A stretch of DNA of 64,000 bases, from the NCBI GenBank assembly GCA_963705305.1, contig OY970067.1, positions 2,528,001-2,592,000 of the forward strand. The letters are read 5' to 3'. The position numbers and the translations under genes are program-made. This document shows positions 39,606 to 49,077 of this stretch, piece by piece (position 1 is the stretch's first letter; every line of letters starts with the position of its first letter). The DNA comes from an uncultured Methylomirabilota bacterium. Lineage in GTDB: Bacteria; Methylomirabilota; Methylomirabilia; Methylomirabilales; 2-02-FULL-66-22. The notes under the pieces were generated by a model. The model did no database searches. It saw nothing but the letters and a program-made list of their open reading frames with translations, and was not told the origin of the DNA.

Positions 39606-39797
39606 ATGGACCGGCCAAGTAAGCCCGAGACGCTTCAACTTCTTCCACAGGGTCTTTCGGCTGATCCCTAGAATCTGTGCCGCCCGAGCCCGGTTCCCCT
39701 CGGTCAGTTGGAGCACAGAAACGATGTGCTCACGTTCTGCCTGTTCCCGCACCTTCTGGAGAGGCCGGCCCATTATCTCATGAACAACAGGCACCAC
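39591..39797 (-). CDS. Stand-alone Fis-type HTH protein
   Basis: AGGAG-N7-GTG start; [30 protein letters not shown]. Confidence 0.8.
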   Translation of the reverse strand: MVPVVHEIMGRPLQKVREQAEREHIVSVLQLTEGNRARAAQILGISRKTLWKKLKRLGLTWPVHVTGR

Positions 39798-40108
39798 CCG
39801 AACACTCCTACATTCATCCCAGAGAAGACGCTATGCGGCGAGCCCTCGCACATCAATACCGGGCAGCCCCCGGCACGCCCCCCGGTCCGTGCCTCGCAGG
39901 GACAGACAAACCCACCACCCTCGAGGCTGCCGCCTCGATGCCTCAAAATGTGGGCGGCGCACCTCCTATCCGATATGCCAGGAGCGGACAACCAAGATCC
40001 GCCAGGACCCGCCTGCCTCCTCCCTACGGGGGTTCCGGCCGGATCCCCGGGCTCGCTCCACGGCGCGAACTCGGGAATCCGGCCTGGGCGGTTATCGGAC
40101 CCGGCGGG

Positions 40109-40282
40109 CTAGCCGGGGAAGATGGCGGTGCCGATAATCACGAGCACCACCAAGAGCACCAACCCGAGAACCAGGCTCCACGTGACCAGCTTGCGTTCGA
40201 CCGGCAAGAATGGCTCGTAGGAGATTTTTGCCATCTCTTCCGCGAGCTTTTCTCCCGTCGGAGCGGCGTGTGGTTGCGCCAT
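40109..40282 (-). CDS. Small single-TM protein downstream of the YeiH-family transporter
   Basis: GGAGG RBS; EPFLPVERKLVTWSLVLG then a hydrophobic helix. Confidence 0.7.
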   Translation of the reverse strand: MAQPHAAPTGEKLAEEMAKISYEPFLPVERKLVTWSLVLGLVLLVVLVIIGTAIFPG

Positions 40283-40349
40283 GGTGTTCCCTCCTGTCGT
40301 TGCTGAGAACCGCTCACGCCCCCGATCGTGCAGGGACGCCCTTGTCACG

Positions 40350-41792
40350 TCAGACGGTCGGCGGCACGATCCCGTGGAAGAAGACCCACGAGATCACCAG
40401 CCCGATCCAGATGATGAACCCGAACAGGCACACCAGGTACACGAGCGCCAGCTTGCCGATGCCCTCCTCCCACAGCTTCTTGAAGTTCGAGACGAGCCCG
40501 ATGGTGAAGAAGGTCATGGCGAAGAAGAGCACGCGGAACACGTTGCTCTCTCCGGTCGCCAGCTTGGCCGCACCCAGGATGCTCGGCACATTGAGGACCA
40601 GAAAGAGCATCACCAGGAACGTCAGGGCGTACCCGATCACGAACTTGGGGAAGCGCTCCCAGATCTGCCCCGCCGAGACGGTCTCGCCCGGCTTCTTGTC
40701 GATGGCGTAGCACCAGATCAGGGCCAGCACGAAGGCCCAGACGCCGATGAAGATGTCGATGAAGATCTTGATCGTGGTAGCCGTCATCAGGATCCAGCCT
40801 TCCTTGTAGTTCACCCCTGACGCGGCCAGAGCCTTGGCCCGGATCAGGGCATCCACGATCGCCCCGCTGGCCACCGCGGCGCCGTCCGTCTTGACGGCCA
40901 GACCCATCCAGGCCCCTGCGACCATGGGCTGATGGTACAGGAACGTCTCTGCGATGAACGGCAGGAACAGCAGTTCGACCACCGCGAAGAGGACCACCAG
41001 CGACGAGACCATTACGGGAATCATCGGGCGGGACTTGACCGCCGCGCCGGTGGCGATGGCTGCCGAGACGCCGCAGATGGAGATGCCGGACGCCAGGGGG
41101 ACGGCCCATTCCCGACTGAACCCGAAGGCCTTGCGGGCGATGAGATACACCAGGGACCAGAAGATCAGGTAGGCGACGACGATGGCCGAGAACCCGAGAA
41201 ATATGATCGCCTTGGCGAGGCCGGTGGCGCCCGCGGCGCTGACGCCCAGGGACGCCCCCAGGATCACGATGGCGGTCTTGATGTACCACTCGGGTCGGGT
41301 GGCCTCCTTGAGGGCCGCCGTGATTCCGGGAAAGAAGTTGCTCAGGATCAGGCCCACCAGGAGGGCCACGACATATCCGGACTCACCGGTCAACCCCAGG
41401 GCCCAGGAGATGTGGAAGGCCTTGAGCTGGTTGGGGGTGGCCGCAATGTAGGCCCAGCTGCCGACCAGCCAGCACAGATAGCTGACCCAGAAGATGACCG
41501 TGAAGCCGAGGGCGAATTCCCCGAAGTTGAACTTCAGCGCCTTGGCCCCCACCCCCATGATGACCAGCATGAAGATGTAAGTGCACACCAGGGAAAGGAT
41601 CCCCGGCATCCCGGCGTAGTTCTTCGACAGCGGGGCTATGGACTTGGTGATATCGGTCCACGTGTTGGTGGCCACGCTCCAGCCGAGGAGATCCACCCCC
41701 GCAAGAACACCCAGGCCCACCAGGAAGACGAAGAGCCCAATCCACAAGGACCACCAGTCTTCGTTGTTTCGGATGAACTTTGTCCTCTCCAT
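40350..41792 (-). CDS. YeiH/putative sulfate exporter family transporter
   Basis: NEDWW, RPEWYIKTAIV, ASGISICGVSAAIAT, WERFPKFV; many TM helices. Confidence 0.85.
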   Translation of the reverse strand: MERTKFIRNNEDWWSLWIGLFVFLVGLGVLAGVDLLGWSVATNTWTDITKSIAPLSKNYAGMPGILSLVCTYIFMLVIMGVGAKALKFNFGEFALGFTVIFWVSYLCWLVGSWAYIAATPNQLKAFHISWALGLTGESGYVVALLVGLILSNFFPGITAALKEATRPEWYIKTAIVILGASLGVSAAGATGLAKAIIFLGFSAIVVAYLIFWSLVYLIARKAFGFSREWAVPLASGISICGVSAAIATGAAVKSRPMIPVMVSSLVVLFAVVELLFLPFIAETFLYHQPMVAGAWMGLAVKTDGAAVASGAIVDALIRAKALAASGVNYKEGWILMTATTIKIFIDIFIGVWAFVLALIWCYAIDKKPGETVSAGQIWERFPKFVIGYALTFLVMLFLVLNVPSILGAAKLATGESNVFRVLFFAMTFFTIGLVSNFKKLWEEGIGKLALVYLVCLFGFIIWIGLVISWVFFHGIVPPTV

Positions 41793-41872
41793 TTTTCTAC
41801 CCCCCACTCGAGATGAACGAGTACGTCCGTTACGCAGAGGACCGCGCCCTTCCATTGTAAATGGAAAGAGGT

Positions 41873-41888
41873 AGCAAGGACCTTGCCG
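41873..41888 (-). promoter_or_regulatory. sigma54 promoter of the YeiH-family transporter
   Basis: Minus strand CGGCAA-GGTCC-TTGCT. Confidence 0.68.
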
Positions 41889-41951
41889 GGCCGGAGAGCC
41901 GAGGAAAATTGTATGGAAATCGTATGTTGCGAAAAAAGGGGGAAGGCCCGG

Positions 41952-41999
41952 GTTACCGCTTTGAAACGTCAGCGGGGATCGGCGTTACCGATCGGTAAC
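41952..41999. promoter_or_regulatory. Tandem GTTACC-N4-GGTAAC upstream activator sites
   Basis: GTTACCgcttTGAAAC (41952-41967, degenerate) and GTTACCgatcGGTAAC (41984-41999), 32 bp apart. Confidence 0.75.
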
Positions 42000-42013
42000 G
42001 CCGGGAGGGTTCA

Positions 42014-43114
42014 TCACAAGCCGTACAGTTTGTAACAGGTGCGGCAGGGTTCGGGGGGTGCCGTTCCAGGCTCGGATGCATCCCCGGAGAGGGCCGAAAG
42101 CCCCAGGGCACGCGTCCTTGCCTCGGAGAGGCGCGCCGCGAACTGCTGCCGGAACTGCTGATAGGCGGGACTGCTCCAGATCGCCATCAGGTCCCGATCC
42201 TTGATGTTGCCGAACCGGACCCGGGGCACGCTGAGGGATCGGCCTCCGAAATACCGCGGGATCTCGCTCTGGCCGGCCAGCCCCATGTACGTGCAGGGCG
42301 AGACCCATCCGTCGCAGGATACAAAGAGGATATCCAGGGGGTCGGCCTCGCACATTGCCGCCTCGTCGGGCTCCAGCGGGTATGACCGGAATGCCAGACC
42401 GGCCCGCTCCGCCCTCCTGCCGGCGAGCTCCACGCTCTGCGAGAAGGCCTCGCAGAGCGGCGGCGGACAATTGAAAGCCTTCAGGGCATCCTGCTCGGGG
42501 GTCACAACGTAATCGAGGTTGGTTGCGTACAGCTCGTCCGCGCCGAGGGATGCGGCTAACTCCACCGCCTGGGGCAATTCTTCCATGTTGGTTCTGGTCA
42601 TGAGATAGGAGAGTTCCACCTTGGGCGCGTCCCGCCCGTGGTCGCTGCGCAGGGCCAGGAGGCGGCGGATGTTCTCGAGGATCAGCGGGAGATCAGAGCC
42701 CACCCGAAGGCTCTCGTGCGTGCGCGGCGTGGCGCCGGCGATGGAGACCGCCAAGAGATCCAAGCGCAGGTCCACAAGTCGCCTCGCCGCGTCCGGGGTC
42801 AGCCGCATGCCGTTCGTGGTGAAGCCCACCCGGCACCCGGCGTCCTTGGCCACGGCGATCATGTCGAAGAGGCGGGGGTGGAGCAGCGGCTCGCCCCACC
42901 CCTGCAGGTGGACGTGCTTCACCCGGTCGAAGGCCCGAGCGATGCGCTGGAAAGCCTCCCACGGCAGATCCATCTCCCGCCACCGGTCCGCCAGGCCGAC
43001 CCGCGGGCACATCACGCAGCGGAGGTTGCAGCGGGAAGTTACCTCGACCTGGAAGGCCTTAAGGGTCCGCCCGCCCGTGCGATGCCGGAACCACTCGACG
43101 ACGCGCTTGACCAT
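42014..43114 (-). CDS. Radical SAM protein with SPASM/twitch domain
   Basis: CNLRCVMC, GWGEPLLHP, TTNG, C..DGWVSPC..FGNI..CRTC. Confidence 0.85.
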   Translation of the reverse strand: MVKRVVEWFRHRTGGRTLKAFQVEVTSRCNLRCVMCPRVGLADRWREMDLPWEAFQRIARAFDRVKHVHLQGWGEPLLHPRLFDMIAVAKDAGCRVGFTTNGMRLTPDAARRLVDLRLDLLAVSIAGATPRTHESLRVGSDLPLILENIRRLLALRSDHGRDAPKVELSYLMTRTNMEELPQAVELAASLGADELYATNLDYVVTPEQDALKAFNCPPPLCEAFSQSVELAGRRAERAGLAFRSYPLEPDEAAMCEADPLDILFVSCDGWVSPCTYMGLAGQSEIPRYFGGRSLSVPRVRFGNIKDRDLMAIWSSPAYQQFRQQFAARLSEARTRALGLSALSGDASEPGTAPPEPCRTCYKLYGL

Positions 43115-43244
43115 CCGCCACTCGTCCCTCGGCCCGCCATGCGCCCATGAAACGTGCACAGGATCGAGGGGTCTGCCGTTCGCCTTCCTGGACGTCCACG
43201 CGCGGGGGAGAAATGCTCGATCCCCTCCCGCCCCCATAGGCAAT

Positions 43245-44255
43245 TCAAGTGGCGTGCCAGTCCGGCGGGGTCTGGCGGAACCACGCGGCGGTCTCGGCCA
43301 CGCCGGTGGGGAAATCCACCGGGGGGACATATCCCAGCTCGTTCCGGATCCGGCTGATGTCCGGCTCGCTGTCCCGATACAGGGCGCACAGGCGCATCAG
43401 CGCCGCGCGCGATGGTCGAAAGTGGCCTTCGGAAGGCTCTGCCTCGGGGACGGCCATCAGGGCCAGGAGCGGCGCCACCAAGGCCTTGGGAATGCGGAGC
43501 CAGGGAACCGGCAAGTTCAGCGCCGTGGCCAGGGCCGTCAGGAACTTCCGGCAGACGACGCCGAACCCGTCGGCGACATTGTAGATCCGCCCCGTTGCCT
43601 CGGGGCGCGTCGCGGCCAGCCAGAGGGCGTACGCGACGTTGCGCGCATAGCTCAGATCCAGGGTGTTCCGGCCGTTGCCCACCATGAAGAAAAGGGGGGA
43701 TGCCAGGCGATGAATGAGGTGCGGGAGCAGCACGCGCTCGCCCGGTCCCCATCCCATGCCCGGCCGCAGGATGACCGTGGGCAGTCCGGTCTCGCGGGCG
43801 CGCTCCTCGACCAGCTCTTCGGCCTTGACCTTGCTCTCTTCGTAGGGGACGACGAACGCCGCGGCGCGCGGGGCGTCCTCGGTGAGGCCGCGGTGGTCAC
43901 GCTCGACCCCGTACACGACCGTGCTGCTCACGTACACGAATCGCTCGACGTGAGCCGCCAGACAGGCCTCGAGCACGGTGTGGGTCCCGCCGACATTGAT
44001 GTCCAGATGTCTCTCGCGGGGGGCGAACGGGGCCACGAGACCGGCCAGGTGAAAGACGGTGGCGGCGCCGGCACAGGCCTCGCGGACTGCCGTCAGATCG
44101 CGGATATCGCCCACCCGGTGTTCCACATCCGGCAGCGACACGCCGGGCGATGTGCCCGGCCGGAGGAGGACCCGGACCTCCATCCCGCGCTCGCGCAGCA
44201 TCTGCACCAGGTGCGATCCCAGAAACCCCGTTCCTCCCGTCACAAGCGCCACCAT
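43245..44255 (-). CDS. NAD-dependent epimerase/dehydratase (extended SDR)
   Basis: VTGGTGFLG, VFHLAG, YEESK (YxxxK). Confidence 0.88.
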   Translation of the reverse strand: MVALVTGGTGFLGSHLVQMLRERGMEVRVLLRPGTSPGVSLPDVEHRVGDIRDLTAVREACAGAATVFHLAGLVAPFAPRERHLDINVGGTHTVLEACLAAHVERFVYVSSTVVYGVERDHRGLTEDAPRAAAFVVPYEESKVKAEELVEERARETGLPTVILRPGMGWGPGERVLLPHLIHRLASPLFFMVGNGRNTLDLSYARNVAYALWLAATRPEATGRIYNVADGFGVVCRKFLTALATALNLPVPWLRIPKALVAPLLALMAVPEAEPSEGHFRPSRAALMRLCALYRDSEPDISRIRNELGYVPPVDFPTGVAETAAWFRQTPPDWHAT

Positions 44256-44321
44256 GGTCCACCTCGTGGCTTTCAGCGGCCGGCCGCCGGCAGCTAAACC
44301 TCGAACCGAAAAAACTGCTTA

Positions 44322-44469
44322 ACCGCCATGACGCCAAGGCATCGCGGTCTATAGAGTCCGGCGGTTTTGATTCGAGGGTAGTGGAACGCCCCCCAGGGGG
44401 CGTGGTGCGGTTCCAATCCTTTTGGCATGTTGCCTATTCCAGCCAGGGCATTCTTGGCGCCTTGGCGGT
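44322..44469. repeat. Intergenic imperfect inverted repeat pair (REP-like)
   Basis: ACCGCCATGACGCCAAG (44322-44338) versus CTTGGCGCCTTGGCGGT (44453-44469), 15/17 complementary. Confidence 0.5.
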
Positions 44470-44496
44470 GAGAGTTCTTCGGAATGGGGCTAAACG

Positions 44497-45840
44497 CTAG
44501 TCAAGGCCGAGCTGCTTCATCTTCTTCCAGAGTGTCTTCCGGCTGATGCCCAGGATCTCTGCCGCCTTCTGTCGCTGCCCGCCGACGCTGTGGAGGACCT
44601 CTTGAAGGTAGCGGCGCTCCGTCTCCCGGACGGCGCCTATCAGGGGCTGGGCTGCGAGGCTCCCCAGCTCCGCGGACACCGGAGCGGCCTCCGGGAAGAT
44701 ATCCTCTGCCGTGAGCACCGGGTTCTTGGTCAGCGTGACGGCGCGCTGGATGCTGGCCTCCAGCTCCCGGACGTTTCCGGGCCAGGCATAGGCGAGCAAC
44801 TGCCGGGAGGCCTCGGGAGCGATGCCATGGATGGTCTTGCCCAGCGGCCGCGCGTACTTTTCGAGAAAATGCTCTGCCAGGGGCAGGACGTCGTCTTTCC
44901 GTTCCCGCAAAGGCGGGAGCAGGATGGGGATCACCTTGAGGCGATAGAACAGATCTTCCCGCAGGCGCCCCGCCAGCACCTCGTCCTCCAGCCGCTTCCG
45001 CGTAGCCGAGAGCAGCCGGACATCCACCTTGATCGTCTGACTCCCGCCGATCCGCTCGAACTCCTTCTCCTGCAGGACCCGCAGGAGCTTGGCCTGGACG
45101 GCGGGCCCGAGATCCGCGACCTCGTCCAGGAACAGGGTGCCCCGATGGGCCAGCTCGAACCGCCCCTTCCGCTCCCGAATGGCGCCGGTGAAAGCGCCCT
45201 TCTCGTGCCCCAAGAGCTCCGCCTCGAGGAGTGTCTCCGGGATGGCGGCGCACGCCACCGACACCAGCGGGTAGGCCCGGCGCATACTGTGCTGATGGAT
45301 GGCCCGGGCGACGAGCTCTTTCCCCGTTCCCGTCTCGCCCTGGATGAGGACGGTGGCGTCACTCTTGGCCACGGTGGCGATGAGCTCGCAGATCCGCGCC
45401 ATCGCCTCGCTGACGTAGATGAGGTCGGCGAACCGCTGAACCTGTCCGGCCCCCGTCCGCTCGCGCGGAGCCCGGCCGGATTGGACCAGCAGGCCCCGCA
45501 GCAGCGTGAGCAGCTCCTCCGAAGGAAACGGCTTCAGCAGGTAATCCGTGGCTCCGGCTTTCATCGCCGCCACGGCCGACTGGATCGTGCCGAAGGCCGT
45601 CATCATAATGGCAAGGCCCTGGGGGTTCGCCGCCTTGAAGGTCTGCAGCAGCGTCAGGCCGTCCACCTTGGGGAGCTTGAGGTCAAAGAGCGCCACGTCG
45701 AAGCTCCGGGCCTGGATGAGGCGAAGGCCCTCCGCCCCATCGGAGCCGCTGGTGACCTCGAACCCTTCCTCGCCAAGGTCGTTCGCCAGTGTCAACCGGA
45801 GGATCGGCTCGTCCTCTACCAGCAGGATGGTCGGTCGCAT
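44497..45840 (-). CDS. NtrC-family sigma54-dependent response regulator
   Basis: Receiver domain, [42 protein letters not shown]. Confidence 0.95.
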   Translation of the reverse strand: MRPTILLVEDEPILRLTLANDLGEEGFEVTSGSDGAEGLRLIQARSFDVALFDLKLPKVDGLTLLQTFKAANPQGLAIMMTAFGTIQSAVAAMKAGATDYLLKPFPSEELLTLLRGLLVQSGRAPRERTGAGQVQRFADLIYVSEAMARICELIATVAKSDATVLIQGETGTGKELVARAIHQHSMRRAYPLVSVACAAIPETLLEAELLGHEKGAFTGAIRERKGRFELAHRGTLFLDEVADLGPAVQAKLLRVLQEKEFERIGGSQTIKVDVRLLSATRKRLEDEVLAGRLREDLFYRLKVIPILLPPLRERKDDVLPLAEHFLEKYARPLGKTIHGIAPEASRQLLAYAWPGNVRELEASIQRAVTLTKNPVLTAEDIFPEAAPVSAELGSLAAQPLIGAVRETERRYLQEVLHSVGGQRQKAAEILGISRKTLWKKMKQLGLD

Positions 45841-45847
45841 GGCTGCC

Positions 45848-47303
45848 TCAGTCTCCGCTGGCGGGGAGGGCCACGGTCACGGTGGTCCCCCTGCCGACTT
45901 CACTGTCCACGGCAATGGAGCCCCCGTGAGCCCTGACGATTCCGTAGGTTACGGAGAGGCCCAGCCCCGTTCCCTTCCCGACCTCCTTGGTGGTGAAGAA
46001 CGGATCGAAGATGCGCGGAAGGTTGTCGGGAGGGATGCCGATGCCGGTGTCGGCGACGCGGACCTCGACGAACGGTTTGATCGCCCTCCGGCAGAGGCTG
46101 CCGTCGATTGTGAGCGTTCCCCCCTCGGGCATGGCCTCGATGGCGTTCATCAGGATGTTGAGGAAGACCTGCTCGAGCTGGTGCGGATCCGCCAAAAGAC
46201 CGGGAGCCGCCCTCTCCATGGCCAGGGAGAAGGTGATCCGCCTGGCCGTGAGCTCGTGCTCGAGGAGGGTCAGGCAGCGCTGGAGCAGGGGGGTCAATTC
46301 CACGGGGAGAAGCCGCGGCTTGGCCTCCCGGGCGAAATTCAGGAGCTGCCCGACGGTCCGGCCGATCCGGTCCAATCCCTCCCGCAGCATCTCCAGGTAT
46401 TGCACCCGCTGCGCCTCGTCCCGCGCCCCTTTCAGGAGCGTCCGCACGCAGTTCTGCATCCCGGCGATGGGGTTGTTGATCTCATGGGCGATGCCCGCGG
46501 CCATCGTGCCCAGGGACGCCAGGCCCTGGGCCCGCCGGATCTCGTCCGCATGGCGGTCTTCCAGCTGTCGTCGGGCCTCCGCCAATCGAGCCACCATGGC
46601 GTTGAGGCTCTTGGCCAGAACGTCCCAGCTCGTCCCGGCTGTCGTCGGGAACGCGGGCGGTGAGATCGCCGGCCTCCACCAGGCTCATCGTCCGTGACAG
46701 GGTATGAATCCGCTGCCCGGCCACCAGGGAGAAGAACAGCCAGATCATTCCGCCGGCGGCGATGAGTCCCGCGACGCCGATGACGATCATGTACATCCAG
46801 TGGGGATCGGCCCACAAATCCGCCGAGGGAACATACACCTGCGCATTCAAGTAGCCGAGGACCGCGGTCTTGCGCTGGTGGCAGCGGGCGCAGCTAGGAC
46901 GATTCGGGATGGGGAGGAACACTCCCACGGTTCGCTCCCGGAGGTTCCAGACCGGCTCCGAGAAGGTTGCATCCTTGGGCAATTCTTCCGGCGAAAGAAC
47001 CTGCCCCTCCTCTTCCGGCTTGCTCGCGCGGAGGATGGTGCCGTCGGCGGCCACGATCCGAATGCCGGCCAGGACCGGCTGGCGCCCGATCCGGGTGAGA
47101 ATTGCCTGGACGACGTGCGTCTCTCCGCGCTCCATCGCCCGGGCCAGCGCCCGGACTGATACCTCGGCAATCAGATCGGCCTCTTGCCTGGCCATCAGCA
47201 TCAGACGATTCACCTGGATGCTCGAGGCGAGGATGGTGTAGACGAGGATGACCAGCAGGAGGACGGCCCCGATGCCGAGGATCATCTTCATCCGCAGCGA
47301 CAT
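45848..47303 (-). pseudogene. Sensor histidine kinase (periplasmic CXXCH, HAMP, HisKA, HATPase), frameshifted near 46620
   Basis: Two overlapping ORFs; removing one T restores [34 protein letters not shown]; may be a sequencing error. Confidence 0.8.
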
Positions 47304-47357
47304 GCATCAATCCTCATGCAGGCCTGCCGCCTCGCCGGTCACGGGGTCGGCAGGCGA

Positions 47358-47930
47358 CTAGCGAGCGGATGGTTCCCGGGATTCAATGTGCTCCTTGATG
47401 GCCTGCAGCCATGTCTCGAGCTCTCGCTGCATCCGGAATCGCAGGGAATCCGCGCGCTCGCGTGCGATGACCTCCCACGTCCCCTGGGCCATCTCCGGGA
47501 CGACGAAATGGAGGAGCTTGATGAACCTCCAGGCGCGCTCTGCGCGGGGGGTGGCGGGGAGGCCCTCCAGCATCTCTGGGCTCGCCTCGCACTGCTCGGA
47601 CTGCTTGAGGCGACTGCCGGTCGGCGTCTGCTCCACTTCCAGCCGGACCGTGAAGAGGATGGGAAGCTCGGCTCGGCTCTCGATCAGTCGATCCGGCTCG
47701 AAATGAGTGCACCGCATGCAGTACTCGAAGATCCGGGTTCCGTGCTGCATCCGGTAGAAGGTCACGCTGCCGACGCCGAGGGGTCCCGGCGTCTCCCGTT
47801 CGATCCGGATGACCTGGACCGAGCGGTTGAGACGTGCCTTGGCCTCGGCGTCGCTGATCAGTGCAAACACCCTGGCGGGGGGCGCCCCGATATCCACGCA
47901 TGCGGCGATCCGGATCGTGATGGCGTCCAT
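47358..47930 (-). CDS. SRPBCC/START-like protein
   Basis: IGAPPARVFALISD, GPLGVGS, FEPDRLI pattern. Confidence 0.65.
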   Translation of the reverse strand: MDAITIRIAACVDIGAPPARVFALISDAEAKARLNRSVQVIRIERETPGPLGVGSVTFYRMQHGTRIFEYCMRCTHFEPDRLIESRAELPILFTVRLEVEQTPTGSRLKQSEQCEASPEMLEGLPATPRAERAWRFIKLLHFVVPEMAQGTWEVIARERADSLRFRMQRELETWLQAIKEHIESREPSAR

Positions 47931-48323
47931 AGCGTTCGCTCATGCTTTCAGACCTTCGGGGGATGCCACGCAACCGGAAGGCCCGCCCCTGCGCCAACCG
48001 GCGGACCCACCGCGGCCGGGGGGGTCGCCGTCCGGGCCGGGCTGTAGGCAGGCGAGACGATTCATCAGACGGGTCCCACACTGTGAGAGCGTGAAGCAGG
48101 TTCCGCGGGCCGGGCAGGTTGGAAGGGGGGCGCCGGACGAATCTCGGGTTCCGACCGGGGGCGATCTGGTTCCTTTCTGCCAGGCTGGCTGGCGGGAGCC
48201 TCATGCCATTGGCGAGAACAGCAACGGGTATGCTCCCGATCACGAGCACCTCCAGCATCAGCGTTTCTGGTTTCCGCTCGATTCCGGGAATGTGTACCCT
48301 TGGGATGGCGGTGTCAAGTGGAA

Positions 48324-48339
48324 TGCAAAGCCTGTTCCA
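48324..48339 (-). promoter_or_regulatory. Putative sigma54 promoter
   Basis: Minus strand TGGAAC-AGGCT-TTGCA, ~400 bp upstream of the SRPBCC-kinase-regulator genes. Confidence 0.5.
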
Positions 48340-48473
48340 CACCTTCCCGAATGATGATCTTTGCCTGGGCCGTTCCGCAGTCGGAGGCAGGCAGTCGGAT
48401 CAGGGGACGGGGTCGATTGCGGGGGGGATGTGCTGGGAGATACCTGGGCAGAAATACATCCGACCCATGGCGG

Positions 48474-48515
48474 GGAAAGACAAACCCGGACCGCCCCACC
48501 AGGGCGGTCCGGGTT
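48474..48515 (-). terminator. Rho-independent terminator after the hemerythrin gene
   Basis: 14 bp perfect stem AACCCGGACCGCCC/GGGCGGTCCGGGTT followed by TGTCTTT on the minus strand. Confidence 0.7.
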
Positions 48516-48535
48516 GCGTATCCGCGTCCTGCCGA

Positions 48536-49045
48536 TCAATCCACTGCGGCGGGCTCTTCCAGTTCTTTCCCGGCCTCGCGGAGCAGGAGAACGTGGGCGC
48601 CCGCCTGCTCGAGGTGGGCCCGGCCCAGGCGGGTTTCGACCAGGGTGAAGCACACCTCCTCCTCCAGGAACATGTGATGGAGGAACTCCTTCACCAGGCC
48701 GATCCCCTTTTCCCGCACCAGAGGCGCGATCTCATCGGTGATGGGGCAGCGCGTGAGGGCCTTGAACTCGGCCAGCCGGGCCTCCAGGTCGCGGTGCTCC
48801 CGCGCCAGCTCGGCAGCGACGCCGGCTCCGTCCGGGCCGGTCTCCGCCAGCGGGGCGAAGAGCCAACGCTCCTCCGACCCGAGATACTCTCGGAGCTGGA
48901 TATCGAGGTAGGTGGCCACGTTCTTGGCCACGATGGCCCACTGGGAGGTCTGCATCAACAGGGCCTTGTCCAGGGCCACCAGGGCCTTCCGGATGATGTT
49001 ATGGTCCCTCTGGATGATCTCGGTTGCGGTCACCGTGCGCTGCAT
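48536..49045 (-). CDS. Hemerythrin/HHE domain protein
   Basis: RDH, SEERWLF, REH, HHMFLEEEVCF. Confidence 0.75.
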   Translation of the reverse strand: MQRTVTATEIIQRDHNIIRKALVALDKALLMQTSQWAIVAKNVATYLDIQLREYLGSEERWLFAPLAETGPDGAGVAAELAREHRDLEARLAEFKALTRCPITDEIAPLVREKGIGLVKEFLHHMFLEEEVCFTLVETRLGRAHLEQAGAHVLLLREAGKELEEPAAVD

Positions 49046-49077
49046 GCCCCCTCCTGACCCGGTCTCAGCCGGCTGCG

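Noticed and set aside
47940..48342. ORF with GGAGG-GTG start upstream of the SRPBCC gene
   Set aside because: Pro/Arg-rich product runs out of frame over the SRPBCC gene; no family resemblance
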